A stretch of 63,292 nucleotides of DNA from Peptococcaceae bacterium (GCA_031289735.1 JAITOV010000071.1:1-63292); one strand, 5' to 3'; shown: positions 46,939 to 57,267, counted from the stretch's first letter. Notes: a model not told the origin generated them from the sequence alone. Numbers and translations are program-made.

Positions 46939-47886
46939 TCAGTCGTCAAAAAGCGTACTCACCGATTTATCCTGATGAATACGTTTGATCGCTTCGCTTA
47001 ATAAAGGCGCTACGGACAACACCTTGATCTTGGGAATCCGCTTTTCTTCCCCCACGGGGATGGTATTGGTAACGACCACTTCCTTAATATCGGAATCCTG
47101 TAAGCGTTGTATCGCCGGATCAGATAGAACCGCATGCGTACAGCAAGCATAGACTTCACGCGCGCCGAAATTCTTCAGGATTTCGGCGGCTCCCTGGGTC
47201 AACGTCCCGCCCGTATCGATAATATCGTCGACCATAATCACGGTCTTATCCTCTAAGTCGCCAATCACGTGCATAATCTCCGCCACGTTTGGTTCGGGAC
47301 GCCGTTTATCAATAATGGCCAACGACGCGCCAATCCGTTCAGCAAAACTGCGCGCCCGGGAAACACCGCCGATATCCGGAGAAACCACACAGATATTATC
47401 CATGTGCTTTTCTATGAAATGTTGGGCTAGAATCGGTACCCCAGGCAAATGATCCACAGGAATATCGAAAAACCCCTGGATCGCCGGCGCATGCAAATCA
47501 ATGTTGACTACGCGATCCGCCCCCGCCGTCGTAATCACATTCGCTAACAGCTTCGCGGTAATCGGATCCCGGGCGCGCGCTTTGCGCTCCTGACGCGCAT
47601 ACCCATAATAAGGCATGACCGCTGTAATCCGCATAGCGGATGCCCTGCGCAACGCGTCAATCAAGATTAATAATTCCATGATATTATTATTTGTCGGATT
47701 ACAGGTCGGTTGAATCACAAAGACGTCGGCGCCCCGCACACTTTCATCGATCAGCACATTGGTTTCTCCGTCTTTGAATTGCGTCACCTTCGCCCGGCCG
47801 GGACTCTCTCCTAAGTAATTGGTGATTTCCACAGCCAACTCCGGATGCGCGTTGCCGTAAAATATTTTTAATTTGTTGGTTGGCAT
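46939..47886 (-). CDS. prs: ribose-phosphate pyrophosphokinase
   Basis: Track ORF 46939..47925. The ATG at 47886 (MPTNKLKIFYGNAHPELA) follows AAAGGGGCGG. The DLHA and VDDIIDTGGT PRPP loop are present. Confidence 0.93.
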   Translation of the reverse strand: MPTNKLKIFYGNAHPELAVEITNYLGESPGRAKVTQFKDGETNVLIDESVRGADVFVIQPTCNPTNNNIMELLILIDALRRASAMRITAVMPYYGYARQERKARARDPITAKLLANVITTAGADRVVNIDLHAPAIQGFFDIPVDHLPGVPILAQHFIEKHMDNICVVSPDIGGVSRARSFAERIGASLAIIDKRRPEPNVAEIMHVIGDLEDKTVIMVDDIIDTGGTLTQGAAEILKNFGAREVYACCTHAVLSDPAIQRLQDSDIKEVVVTNTIPVGEEKRIPKIKVLSVAPLLSEAIKRIHQDKSVSTLFDD

Positions 47887-49262
47887 TGTTCCGCCCCTTT
47901 CGCTTTTGTTTTCGCCTTGCGCCATTCTTTCCTGACGCGCAACGTCCCACGTTCGACAACCAGTGCTTCCGCCGGTACGCCTTCGGTGATCGTGGAACCG
48001 GCTCCGACAAACGCATGCGCGCCGATTTCCACCGGAGCTACCAGGTTGGCATTGCTGCCTATGAACACGCCATCAGCGATTCTGGTCAGATGCTTATGCT
48101 CACCGTCATAATTGCAGGTAATCGTTCCGGCGCCGATATTAACGTCAGCGCCGATCTCTGCGTCTCCGATATAACTCAAATGCGGAATCTTGGTTTTTGA
48201 GCCAATACGGCTCTTTTTGATTTCGACAAAATCGCCGACCTTCACACCATCCGCCAATTCCGTCCCAGGCCGCAGATAGGCAAACGGCCCGATCGTACAA
48301 CCCTTGCCGATCTTTACCTCGCGGGCGACCGTATAGCGCAGTTCGCTGCCGGCGCCGCAAAAGCAAGATTCCAAATCTACTTGCGGCCCGATCACGGAAT
48401 TCTCCTCTACTACCGTCGTTCCCTTCAAATAAACAAACGGACGTAGCGTGACATCCCGGCTCAATACGACATCAGATTCAATATATACGGTCGCCGGATC
48501 TTCGATCGTCACGCCTTCTTCCAGCCAATTATGTAAAATACGCCGTCTGAATATCTGTTCCGCTTCGGCTAATTGTATACGGCTATTGATCCCCAGCGCT
48601 TCGTCCACATCCCTTGTGCAATAGGTCAACGCTTTCAAGCCATCCGCCAAGATAAAGTCAAATACCCCTGTCAGGTAGTACTCCCCCTGTGCGTTTTGCG
48701 GAGTTAATCCCGGCAGGGCTTTTGTTAGAAATTCCACGTTAAAGCAATAGGTTCCGGTATTTATTTCCCGCACGGCGCGTTCCGCTTCCGTCGCGTCTTT
48801 TTCTTCAACAATCTTTAATAAACGCGCCCCATCCCGAATCACACGTCCATAACCAAAAGGATCCGCTACTTGCGCCGTCAGTACCGTCGCCACCGCTTTC
48901 TGTTCTTGATGCAGCGCCAACAGCGCTTGCATCGTTTCAAGACACAGGAGCGGTTGATCGCCGCTGAGGACCAGGACATCCTCCGCATCCTGAAAACCAG
49001 GCAATGCTTGCCTGACTGCATGCCCTGTTCCCAACTGTTCCGTCTGAGTAACCACGACGGCTCTATCCCGTACATGTTCTTCAATCAACGCCCGGCCATG
49101 ACCCAGAATCACCAAAGGGTGATCAATACCCAACTGATCTGTCAGATCCAGCACATGATCAATCAGCGGCTTGCCCGCTAATCGATGCATGACTTTCGGC
49201 AACCTGGATTTCATCCGCGCGCCCTTTCCGGCTGCCATAATCACCGCCGCAATATTTGACAT
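47868..49262 (-). CDS. glmU: bifunctional UDP-N-acetylglucosamine pyrophosphorylase / glucosamine-1-phosphate N-acetyltransferase
   Basis: 464 aa. The N-terminus is AAGKGARMKS and the C-terminal half is a left-handed beta-helix of hexapeptide repeats. Confidence 0.93.
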   Translation of the reverse strand: MSNIAAVIMAAGKGARMKSRLPKVMHRLAGKPLIDHVLDLTDQLGIDHPLVILGHGRALIEEHVRDRAVVVTQTEQLGTGHAVRQALPGFQDAEDVLVLSGDQPLLCLETMQALLALHQEQKAVATVLTAQVADPFGYGRVIRDGARLLKIVEEKDATEAERAVREINTGTYCFNVEFLTKALPGLTPQNAQGEYYLTGVFDFILADGLKALTYCTRDVDEALGINSRIQLAEAEQIFRRRILHNWLEEGVTIEDPATVYIESDVVLSRDVTLRPFVYLKGTTVVEENSVIGPQVDLESCFCGAGSELRYTVAREVKIGKGCTIGPFAYLRPGTELADGVKVGDFVEIKKSRIGSKTKIPHLSYIGDAEIGADVNIGAGTITCNYDGEHKHLTRIADGVFIGSNANLVAPVEIGAHAFVGAGSTITEGVPAEALVVERGTLRVRKEWRKAKTKAKGAEQCQPTN

Positions 49263-49361
49263 AATGATACTCCCTTCGCAAATATTGTATCATGATCTTG
49301 GGAAATCTTGAAATATTAATATTCGCTCAGCGGTAACTAAAAACCTTTTCCCCCAAATAAC

Positions 49362-49400
49362 AAAAAATGCTCCCTAATATTTTATGAAGGAAGCATTTCC
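49362..49400 (-). terminator. terminator after spoVG
   Basis: Reverse strand AAATGCTTCC-loop-GGGAGCATTT followed by TTTG. Confidence 0.5.
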
Positions 49401-49425
49401 ACATCCCATTCGTCTCCTTGAAGAA

Positions 49426-49683
49426 TTATATAGCTTCTTGGTAGGCTTTCAATACAGCCAGCTGAATGACTTCCCGCGCAGCGGCGGAAATCGGGTGGGC
49501 AATGTCGCGGAATTCCCCTTCCGGCGTCTTTCTACTGGGCATCGCGACGAACAGTCCATTGGTCCCCTCAACAACCTTGACGTCGTGGACCACAAACGCA
49601 TCGTCCAAGGTGACAGAGACAATCGCCTTCATCTTCCCTTCTTGATTAATCTTTCTCACGCGTACATCTGTGATATCCATCAT
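49426..49683 (-). CDS. spoVG: septation/sporulation regulator SpoVG
   Basis: 85 aa. [63 protein letters not shown] is canonical SpoVG. Confidence 0.95.
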   Translation of the reverse strand: MMDITDVRVRKINQEGKMKAIVSVTLDDAFVVHDVKVVEGTNGLFVAMPSRKTPEGEFRDIAHPISAAAREVIQLAVLKAYQEAI

Positions 49684-49718
49684 GATGATTCACCGCCCTT
49701 CCAAGCTCTTTTACTACG

Positions 49719-49748
49719 TAATTCTCCACGTGGAAATTAAGATCCTCC
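49719..49748 (-). promoter_or_regulatory. sigma-H-like promoter upstream of spoVG
   Basis: Reverse strand GGAGGATCT-N12-GGAGAATTA fits the RNAGGAWWW-N11/12-RNNGAATWW consensus. spoVG is a classical sigma-H gene in Bacillus. Confidence 0.45.
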
Positions 49749-49804
49749 TGGATATTCTAAAAATTTTATATTATTCCTCAAATGCGTGATTTTTCACGAT
49801 GCTA

Positions 49805-50470
49805 TCAGACCATGTGGCGCAAAAACACACTCTCCGCCTCGGCAATATGCGCAGCCGCTAATTCTTGCGCTTCCGCCACCTGATGAGATGCGATGGCTTC
49901 AATGATGGACCGGTGCTCCAACAACGCTTCTTTGCCGCGTCCGGGTACCGCTAAGGACGTGGAACGGAATCTTTGAATCTGCTCTCTCAGGTTTTCTAGA
50001 ATTTGGGCTAACCACTGATTGCGGCTGGCTTTATACACCAGCGCATGAAAGTTGATATCCATCTGCAAGATTTGTTCTAAAGACGGATCTTTGTCCTCCG
50101 CCCAGTAAACCAGCCGCTCCATCTGCTCGATTTCCTCATCTGAGACGCGTTCCGCCGCTAAACCGGCTGCCAGGCTCTCCAACGCCGAGCGGACCTCGAA
50201 AACATCCGCTACGTCTTTCAAGGATACACCGGCCACATATGCGCCTTTACGCGGTACCATAATGACAAATCCCTCTAACTCCAGTTTGCGGATCGCTTCC
50301 CGTACAGGAGTCCGGCTGACACCCAACTCATCAGCCAATTGCACTTCCATCAGACGTTCACCAGGGCTTAAATCCCCTCCGATGATCGCCTCACGCAGAG
50401 CGTCAAACACGATCTCACGCAACGGCTTATAACCGTCCAATGCGACCGGTATCAATCGTCTCTCACTCAT
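49805..50470 (-). CDS. GntR-family transcriptional regulator (FCD subfamily)
   Basis: 221 aa with a winged HTH (ERLMEVQLADELGVSRTPVREAIRKLELEGFV) and an FCD domain. Confidence 0.85.
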   Translation of the reverse strand: MSERRLIPVALDGYKPLREIVFDALREAIIGGDLSPGERLMEVQLADELGVSRTPVREAIRKLELEGFVIMVPRKGAYVAGVSLKDVADVFEVRSALESLAAGLAAERVSDEEIEQMERLVYWAEDKDPSLEQILQMDINFHALVYKASRNQWLAQILENLREQIQRFRSTSLAVPGRGKEALLEHRSIIEAIASHQVAEAQELAAAHIAEAESVFLRHMV

Positions 50471-50497
50471 TCTTTCTTCTCCTTCATACGCTGTTCG

Positions 50498-51376
50498 TTA
50501 TTGCACAGTCGTTGCCTGCCATGCCCGATAACCTTTCCGGGTCATCTCTTTGCTCAATACTTCGGCCGCTGCGCTTGAGGGAGCAATCCCAAATACTGCC
50601 GAACCGCTGCCGGACATCAAGGATCCCAGACAGCCCGCCTCCAACAAGTCCTGCTTAATCCCGGCAATTTGCGGAACTAAACGGATGGAAGCGGCTTCTA
50701 AATCGTTGGAGAGGAGTTCGGCAATGCGCTTGGAGTCTTGAGTACGCAACGCCTGTTGCCAAGCCAGCGCATCCAACGCTTGTCTACCACCGGAGACTTG
50801 GTCAAATACCCGATACGCTTGACCGGTATGGACGCCCCGGTCCGGCTGAACGATCACCACATCCAACGGAGGCGCATCCGGCAACCGGTCGTAACCCTCT
50901 CCGCTGCCGCTGATCCAAGCTGTTCCACCCTGCAAGAAAAAAGCGACATCCGAACCCAGCGCCACACTCATCTCCCTGAGCTGCGACATGGTGCAGGGGG
51001 TCCCATAGAGTTGATTCAACCCGTTCAACACCGCCGCGGCATCACTGCTTCCCCCAGCTAAACCGGCTTGCACGGGAATCCGCTTAACGATACGAATCGT
51101 GACGCCATCCGCATACCCTAAGCGCTTCTGGAAACTTTCCGCCGCCTGGTACGCTAAGTTCCGCGGACCACTCAAGTCCCCGCATTGACAAACCAACCCT
51201 GTCCCTTCTAAGGATATTTCTACATCGTCATGCAAAGACACGGTCTGCATCACGCTTTCCAAGACATGGTACCCGTCCGGACGCCGTCCGAGAATGGCTA
51301 AGGCCAGATTTATTTTAGCATAAGCCGTCCGTGTGAGTCTTTTATTGATCATGCGCCGTTTTCGTTCTCCGAACAT
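50498..51376 (-). CDS. ispE: 4-diphosphocytidyl-2-C-methyl-D-erythritol kinase
   Basis: 292 aa. AYAKINLAL and the GHMP kinase motif PVQAGLAGGSSDAAA are present. The start could be the second ATG (51352). Confidence 0.9.
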   Translation of the reverse strand: MFGERKRRMINKRLTRTAYAKINLALAILGRRPDGYHVLESVMQTVSLHDDVEISLEGTGLVCQCGDLSGPRNLAYQAAESFQKRLGYADGVTIRIVKRIPVQAGLAGGSSDAAAVLNGLNQLYGTPCTMSQLREMSVALGSDVAFFLQGGTAWISGSGEGYDRLPDAPPLDVVIVQPDRGVHTGQAYRVFDQVSGGRQALDALAWQQALRTQDSKRIAELLSNDLEAASIRLVPQIAGIKQDLLEAGCLGSLMSGSGSAVFGIAPSSAAAEVLSKEMTRKGYRAWQATTVQ

Positions 51377-51448
51377 TCTAATAAATACTGCTTAAATTAT
51401 ATCGCACTTCGCCGCAGATTGACAGGCTCAACGGCAAAAAAAGAAAAT

Positions 51449-54157
51449 CTAACTCACACCATGGACAGCAGAAGCGGTTTCTTGCTTCTTGCGGCGTCTC
51501 AATTCCGCTTTAAGCGGGGCCAACTGTTCATAGAACATCACGAAGATTTCTCCGGCCGCGATATCGTTCAGACCCAAGCGAAAGGCTGGCAATTCCGCTA
51601 GGACCACGTCAATTTTCCGCGGATCCATACCGCAAGCGACGGCTTCCGTTTGCATGATGCCGGCAATTTCTCCCGGTTTCCTGCCCCGCAAATCCTGATC
51701 TTCCCGGATGATCAGACGGTTAAACCCCAGCGCGGCTACCTGCGCCACAGCGCGAATGCTCTCATCCGGACGATCTCCCGGCACTGTTAGACAACCCACT
51801 AAGGCTGTATGTGGCAATTGCTTCAGTGTATGAATCATCTCCCGGATACTGACCGCGTTATGTCCGTAATCCAGAACGACCGTTTTCCCTTCTACTTCAT
51901 GGAACTCTAATCTGCCTGCGTTATCCTCTTCGTTCAAGCCAAAATTAAGCAAACTCGTCCGCAATTCCGCCGCACTCAACCCCAAGGCCCAACCAGCGGC
52001 GACCGCTGCTAAGCAATTGCCTACATTGTGCTGCGCTTTGCCGCCACAGGTAATGGGGATCTGTTTTAGCGATGCGATACGATAGATCCTCTCCCCATGA
52101 CAGAGTAAAATCCAGCCGCGACGGACAAAGACCCCCCAACTGCCTCTGCCCAACGCTTTACGTACTTGCAAATTATTATTTTCCCCACTGTAGAATATTA
52201 CCTTACCTCTGGTTCGCCGCGCCATCTCCACAACCAAAGGGTCATCCGCATTCAGTATGACATAGCTATGCGGCGCCACCATCTCGGCAACCAGGCTTTT
52301 CGTCCGGGCCAGATCTTCTACACTGGCGATGCCATATTGACCCAGATGATCATTCGAGACATTGCTGATCACCGCTACATCCGCATAATCATAGCCTAAC
52401 CCAGCCCGCAGTATGCCTCCGCGCGCCGTCTCTAAGACCGCTGCCTGAACATCCGGATGGCCCAGAACAATCCTGGCGCTTTCCGGTCCGGTCGTATCTC
52501 CGGGGACAACCAGGTTTCCTTTGACATAAATCCCGCCCGTACTGGCCATGCCCACGTCTAGACCACGATTTGACAACATCTTACTGATTAAGCGCGTGAT
52601 CGTCGTCTTGCCATTGGTTCCCGTAATGGCGATAATCGGTATGCGAGCATTCCCCCGCGGAAAGAGCTTCTGCACGATCATTTTACCGGCCTCTCGTCCC
52701 CGCCCGACACTGGGATACTGATGCATGCGCAGTCCCGGCGACGCATTCACTTCAACGATACCTCCGCCTACCGTGCGGTAGGAGCGGGCAATATCCGGTA
52801 TGACCAGGTCGATGCCAGCGATATCCAAACCAATCACCCGCGTTGCATAGAGCGCCAACGCTACGTTATCCGGGTGGATTTGCTCTGTCACATCACAGGC
52901 AATTCCGCCGGTGCTCAGATTAGCGCTTTCGCGTAAGCGCACAACCTCTCCCTCCTTTGGTACAGAATGTAACTCTAATCCTTTCTGGACCAGCGTCATG
53001 ATGACGACCGGATCAATCTTAATCTTACTCAATACTTTTTCATGATCTTCGCCGCGTAACGGATTGGCGTTCACCCGGACAATCAACTCTTCTATACTGG
53101 ATCTTCCGTCACCAACAACACTGGCCGGGAGCCGTTCCGCAGCCGCCGCTACTTGACCCCCGATCACCAACACCCGATAATGCCGTCCTTGAATATATTC
53201 TTCGATCAACGCCCGTTCTCCATAAGCGCGGGTGATCTGAAACGCGGCTTGGACAGCCGCGACCGTTTGCAAATTCAGCGTCACGCCCTTGCCCTGATTC
53301 CCGTTATACGGTTTCACAACGACCGGCTTACCCATACGTTGATACGTCTGGATTAACTCTTCCTCCGTCTGCACCATTTCCCCGTCGGGAACCGGAATCC
53401 CGGCATCACGTAAAATCCTTTTTGTCAGATCCTTATCGCTGCATATATCTACAGCCAGACAAGACGTCTCATCCGTGATCACCGCTTCGACACGCCGCTG
53501 TTCGCGGCCGTAGCCCAACTGCAACAGACTGTTTTGATCCAGACGGCGCACCGGAATCCCGCGTTCCCGGCAAGCCTCGGCAATGGCTTGGGTAGACACG
53601 CCGAACGCCGTTCGTTTGATCTCTGCACGAATGCCGGCAAGCGCCCGCTCAAGATCAACCGGCGCATCATGCCGCAGCTGATTCACGATGCGCACCGCTT
53701 GACGGATCGCTTCCGTCGCTCCTTCAGGCGAATCATAATTGAGGATAATCTCATAGACCCCCGCCTCTCCCGGCAGGCGTTCCGTCTTACCATAACGAAT
53801 CTTCTGACCACACCGATGCAACAATTCCAAGGATACATGCTCAACCACATGGCCAAGCAAAGTTCCTTCATACAGTCTTTCGACAAATCCGCCCACCCTG
53901 CCGCGCGAACAATGATGATCGGCTAACCCCGGCAGGCCTGCCAATAAACGACGGTTCAAGCCGCTAAACGTATGGCTCATCCTGTCCATATCTTCTTGAA
54001 GGTCGATAAGCGCCCGGATAATCGGGTAATGACTGTGTACATTAGCCCCCTCGATTACCTGGATGTGCAGTAGCTCCATGCTGAAATCCAGCCTCCTTTG
54101 GTTTTGCGCCAACACTCTATGCTTATTCTTACCTTTTTTCCCTTGAGTATTCCTCAT
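51449..54157 (-). CDS. cphA: cyanophycin synthetase
   Basis: 902-aa track ORF. Its ATG overlaps the cphB stop as ATGA. Homology to CphA begins at MELLHIQVIEGANVHS (ATG 54079). An ATP-grasp domain is followed by a Mur-ligase-like domain (ITGTNGKTT). Confidence 0.9.
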   Translation of the reverse strand: MRNTQGKKGKNKHRVLAQNQRRLDFSMELLHIQVIEGANVHSHYPIIRALIDLQEDMDRMSHTFSGLNRRLLAGLPGLADHHCSRGRVGGFVERLYEGTLLGHVVEHVSLELLHRCGQKIRYGKTERLPGEAGVYEIILNYDSPEGATEAIRQAVRIVNQLRHDAPVDLERALAGIRAEIKRTAFGVSTQAIAEACRERGIPVRRLDQNSLLQLGYGREQRRVEAVITDETSCLAVDICSDKDLTKRILRDAGIPVPDGEMVQTEEELIQTYQRMGKPVVVKPYNGNQGKGVTLNLQTVAAVQAAFQITRAYGERALIEEYIQGRHYRVLVIGGQVAAAAERLPASVVGDGRSSIEELIVRVNANPLRGEDHEKVLSKIKIDPVVIMTLVQKGLELHSVPKEGEVVRLRESANLSTGGIACDVTEQIHPDNVALALYATRVIGLDIAGIDLVIPDIARSYRTVGGGIVEVNASPGLRMHQYPSVGRGREAGKMIVQKLFPRGNARIPIIAITGTNGKTTITRLISKMLSNRGLDVGMASTGGIYVKGNLVVPGDTTGPESARIVLGHPDVQAAVLETARGGILRAGLGYDYADVAVISNVSNDHLGQYGIASVEDLARTKSLVAEMVAPHSYVILNADDPLVVEMARRTRGKVIFYSGENNNLQVRKALGRGSWGVFVRRGWILLCHGERIYRIASLKQIPITCGGKAQHNVGNCLAAVAAGWALGLSAAELRTSLLNFGLNEEDNAGRLEFHEVEGKTVVLDYGHNAVSIREMIHTLKQLPHTALVGCLTVPGDRPDESIRAVAQVAALGFNRLIIREDQDLRGRKPGEIAGIMQTEAVACGMDPRKIDVVLAELPAFRLGLNDIAAGEIFVMFYEQLAPLKAELRRRKKQETASAVHGVS

Positions 54158-54966
54158 CGGGCGCCCGGAGGAATGGCTTGGCGCCGCTGAAGATCAAATC
54201 CGTAGCCTTCCGGAAGAATATGCAAGGTAATCGGAGTCAGGGCTAGCGGATCTCCTGCTGTACTTTCCGATACATTGGTAATGACGCTGGAGGATGCGTC
54301 TACCACGCTCACCGTTTGACTACCGCACACCTGAAACACGCCTTGCGTACCCACGAGGACGGCCGTATCCTCATCGATGCCCACGCCCAGGACGTAAGGA
54401 TTTTGCGCCACCGCTTCTAATAAACGCCCGATGCGTCCGCGCTGAGCAAAATGTTGATCAATTACCACGGAACGCAGCAAGCTTAAACCCGGCGCCATCG
54501 TCAGTCTATCCTTCTTCGGACTGCCCGCGCTTCCGCCTACAATCATCGTATCCGACATCGCCGACGCTCCGGCGCTGGTGCCGGCAATCACGACACCTTT
54601 GTCATAGAGGGCGTGCAATCCTTTGCCCAACAGCGTGCCACCCATACGACCGGTAATGCGCAACTGATCCCCGCCCGTGAAAAACACCCCGCTACTGGTC
54701 TCCATTCGTTCACACCATTCCACCCGCTCAGCCGCTGCGCGATCTGTGATGTTGATCACTTGGACGTCTTGCACACCCAGTCGGAAAAACAACGCCTCAT
54801 AACGCTTGCCTACGACTTCAGGCTCTTCCGCCGCGACGGTTAAAACAACGATCCGGGCTTCCCCGCCGCCTGCCTCATCTACAAAGCGTTGCAAAATCCG
54901 GCACTCTCCTTCTTGATCTTCCGCGCCACCGATGATCAGCAGCTTCCCGCCAACATATTCACTCAT
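54154..54966 (-). CDS. cphB: cyanophycinase (peptidase S51)
   Basis: 270 aa. LLIIGGAED, GVFFTGGDQ and AGTSAGASAM (catalytic Ser context) are present. Confidence 0.88.
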   Translation of the reverse strand: MSEYVGGKLLIIGGAEDQEGECRILQRFVDEAGGGEARIVVLTVAAEEPEVVGKRYEALFFRLGVQDVQVINITDRAAAERVEWCERMETSSGVFFTGGDQLRITGRMGGTLLGKGLHALYDKGVVIAGTSAGASAMSDTMIVGGSAGSPKKDRLTMAPGLSLLRSVVIDQHFAQRGRIGRLLEAVAQNPYVLGVGIDEDTAVLVGTQGVFQVCGSQTVSVVDASSSVITNVSESTAGDPLALTPITLHILPEGYGFDLQRRQAIPPGAR

Positions 54967-55103
54967 AGATAGCCTCCTTCATTCGCCTTGACGCCTTCCT
55001 CCTTATTTTTACTTGATTTTAGGGAATTATTCTCGCACATCCGGTTTCTCCGCTGCCTCCTGCCCCATACACTATACAAAAGAGACCAAGGAGGCTGATC
55101 CAC

Positions 55104-55436
55104 ATGGCATTCATTGTCATCCATACGGCGCAACATCAATTAGCATTCTATGCGCACAATCGCCTGATCCGGCGTTATCCCATCGCGATCGGTAAACCTG
55201 AAACGCCCACCCCGCATGGACATTATACGATTGCTCATAAATCCCTCTACCCCGGAGGGGTCTTCGGCAGCCGTTGGCTGGGGCTTTCCCTGCCCAAATA
55301 CGGAATCCATGGCACGAACGATCCGTCCAGCATCGGAAAATCCGTGTCTTTAGGCTGTATTCGCATGCACAATAAGGATGTCGAGCAACTCTATACGATG
55401 CTCCCCATCGGCGCCCCGGTCGTCATTCGCGACTAA
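55104..55436 (+). CDS. stand-alone L,D-transpeptidase (YkuD) catalytic domain, no signal peptide
   Basis: 110 aa. The HGTNDPSSIGKSVSLGCIRM active-site motif is present. The N-terminus MAFIVIHTAQHQ has no hydrophobic leader. Confidence 0.8.
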   Translation: MAFIVIHTAQHQLAFYAHNRLIRRYPIAIGKPETPTPHGHYTIAHKSLYPGGVFGSRWLGLSLPKYGIHGTNDPSSIGKSVSLGCIRMHNKDVEQLYTMLPIGAPVVIRD

Positions 55437-55457
55437 ATTTGTCCGGTAAAATCCGCT

Positions 55458-55505
55458 AAAAAAAGAACGATTCAGGCGGGCAAGTCCGTCTGAATCGTTC
55501 TTTTA
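55458..55505. terminator. bidirectional terminator between convergent genes
   Basis: AAAAGAACGATTCAGGCGG-loop-CCGTCTGAATCGTTCTTTT, about 19 bp, flanked by an A-run and a T-run. Confidence 0.7.
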
Positions 55506-55512
55506 GTCCGAT

Positions 55513-56238
55513 CTATTTGATCTTTGTACTGATCTTTGCTTCAATCTTCAGCTGGATCTTTTCAAACCAGCCCTTTTTATAGCGTAAGGAGATAAACCCC
55601 AAGGAAGACATCACGAACGCTCCGAGCGCATCGACGATCAAATCTTTCATCGTATCCGCCAGGACTGCATGCCCGGCCAATAACGTTCCGTCCACCAGCA
55701 TATATTTTTGCATATTCGTATGCAGAAATTCGTCGGCACAGAACTCATAGATCTCCCAGAGCACCCCCAGAGAAAGCGCGAAACAGAAGGCAAACAAGGC
55801 CACAAAACCCGCGCTTAATTGCAGCGGCACGATTTCGGTCTTATTGAAAATAACGACAAAGGAAAACCCTAGCGCACCCAGCATCGCTCCGCTGAATGCA
55901 TGTAAGACGGTATCCCAATGCGGTACCAGATAATAAAACGAGCGCACCTCGCCTAAATAGATGGCGCAATACAGAAAGACCGCGTATACCATCAGCATAT
56001 ACGACGGCACATTCAAGCGGATCGTCCGCTTCAGAAACCCCGGCAAGAGCATCGCCACAATCCCTAACACGCACTGTAGCAGCATGACGAAATAATCGCC
56101 TTTAATCCTGATGTCTTCGGGTGTTTCCGCCACCGTCGGAGCTAAGGCAATCTTGATCATGACATAAACCGCGGAAGCCGCAAAGCTGACAAACGCAAAG
56201 AGCATCCAGGTTCTTGTAGCAAACAGTTTTCTCAGCAT
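55513..56238 (-). CDS. polytopic membrane protein, possibly YjdF/DUF2238-like
   Basis: 241 aa with 5-6 TM helices. HWDTVLHAFSG and WEIYEF.ADE resemble the YjdF family as I recall it. The family assignment is tentative. Confidence 0.5.
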   Translation of the reverse strand: MLRKLFATRTWMLFAFVSFAASAVYVMIKIALAPTVAETPEDIRIKGDYFVMLLQCVLGIVAMLLPGFLKRTIRLNVPSYMLMVYAVFLYCAIYLGEVRSFYYLVPHWDTVLHAFSGAMLGALGFSFVVIFNKTEIVPLQLSAGFVALFAFCFALSLGVLWEIYEFCADEFLHTNMQKYMLVDGTLLAGHAVLADTMKDLIVDALGAFVMSSLGFISLRYKKGWFEKIQLKIEAKISTKIK

Positions 56239-56322
56239 ATCCGCTTCACAATTTTCCCCACCTTATGCTTAATCCTAGGGGAAGCTTGCCGCGCTGTCAA
56301 GAATGACGGCTAATTTTACTGA

Positions 56323-57156
56323 TCAATACGGGCTGCGTGGGTATCCGCGGCGCAGCTGACCCCTTGTTTCAATCCCACCGACACCGTCTGTTCCCGTAAT
56401 CGTATGCTGTAAGATATCTTTCAAGGATATCGTCTGATCGAGCGGTGTGAAAGCAATCCTTTCCACAATAAACACCGGATCAAAAGCGTGAATCAGCGTA
56501 CGCTGAGGGGAAGAGGCGAAATTAGCCCCGGCAGCCAGAATCGCCTCATAATGCGACTGACAAGCGCCGGCAAAAATCACCAAGGCGTCTTTATTCGCTT
56601 GAAATCTACGGGCCTGACGTACGGATTCCACAAAATAACGCGAACTGCGATAATTGTCCACATTGCGGAAATCCCTTTTACCGTGTAAAAATCCATCATG
56701 TCCGGTTAAAACCAGGATATCCGCTGGGTTCTCTTGTAAGATCTCATAAATCACTTTAGGTTGTTCCATCTCCGGCTTACAAATCCCTTGCGCCTCCAAA
56801 CCCAGCTGGTGGTAGGTCTTAATACATTGATCCAGATAATCCCGATCTCCATCCAAATGCAGCACCCGGCCGGGGATCTCAAAGTATTCTCGCTGATCGT
56901 CTGTCTCGGCCTTTCTCTGATCCAGCACACGATTCAAGCGCTCATAGATCAGTTTGGCTTCATTGCGCATATAGCGCGCTAAATCCGCTGATGTCTTTGG
57001 CCGCAAATCGCCCAGTGGCGCATCCGCCAGCAAGCGCAGATTTAATCCTTTCAACACTGCCCGCCGCTCTCCTTTGATGGATGCTATCTGCTCGATACGG
57101 AAATAGATATCTTGCTGATGCGAGATTCTGGCTACAATATCTCCAGCCGCCGTCAT
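56323..57156 (-). CDS. yabG: sporulation-specific protease YabG
   Basis: 277 aa. DILVLTGHDG...RNVDNYRSSRYFVESV...LVIFAGACQSHYE is the YabG peptidase U57 pattern. It sits in the conserved neighbourhood with ksgA. Confidence 0.85.
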   Translation of the reverse strand: MTAAGDIVARISHQQDIYFRIEQIASIKGERRAVLKGLNLRLLADAPLGDLRPKTSADLARYMRNEAKLIYERLNRVLDQRKAETDDQREYFEIPGRVLHLDGDRDYLDQCIKTYHQLGLEAQGICKPEMEQPKVIYEILQENPADILVLTGHDGFLHGKRDFRNVDNYRSSRYFVESVRQARRFQANKDALVIFAGACQSHYEAILAAGANFASSPQRTLIHAFDPVFIVERIAFTPLDQTISLKDILQHTITGTDGVGGIETRGQLRRGYPRSPY

Positions 57157-57267
57157 ATGCCGCGCCTCCCTTTTCTATTCTTGCTATCATCTTATGACGC
57201 TTTCAGCCCGGGCGCATATATTAAAATTAAATAGATAGATTTTTAGCGAAGAGGGGCGCCCCAAAAA

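Noticed and set aside
57157-57267. Sigma-K-type promoter for yabG (CATAAGATGA element)
   Set aside because: It only partly matches CATA---TA and has no clear -35 AC at the right spacing. That is too weak to report as a feature.
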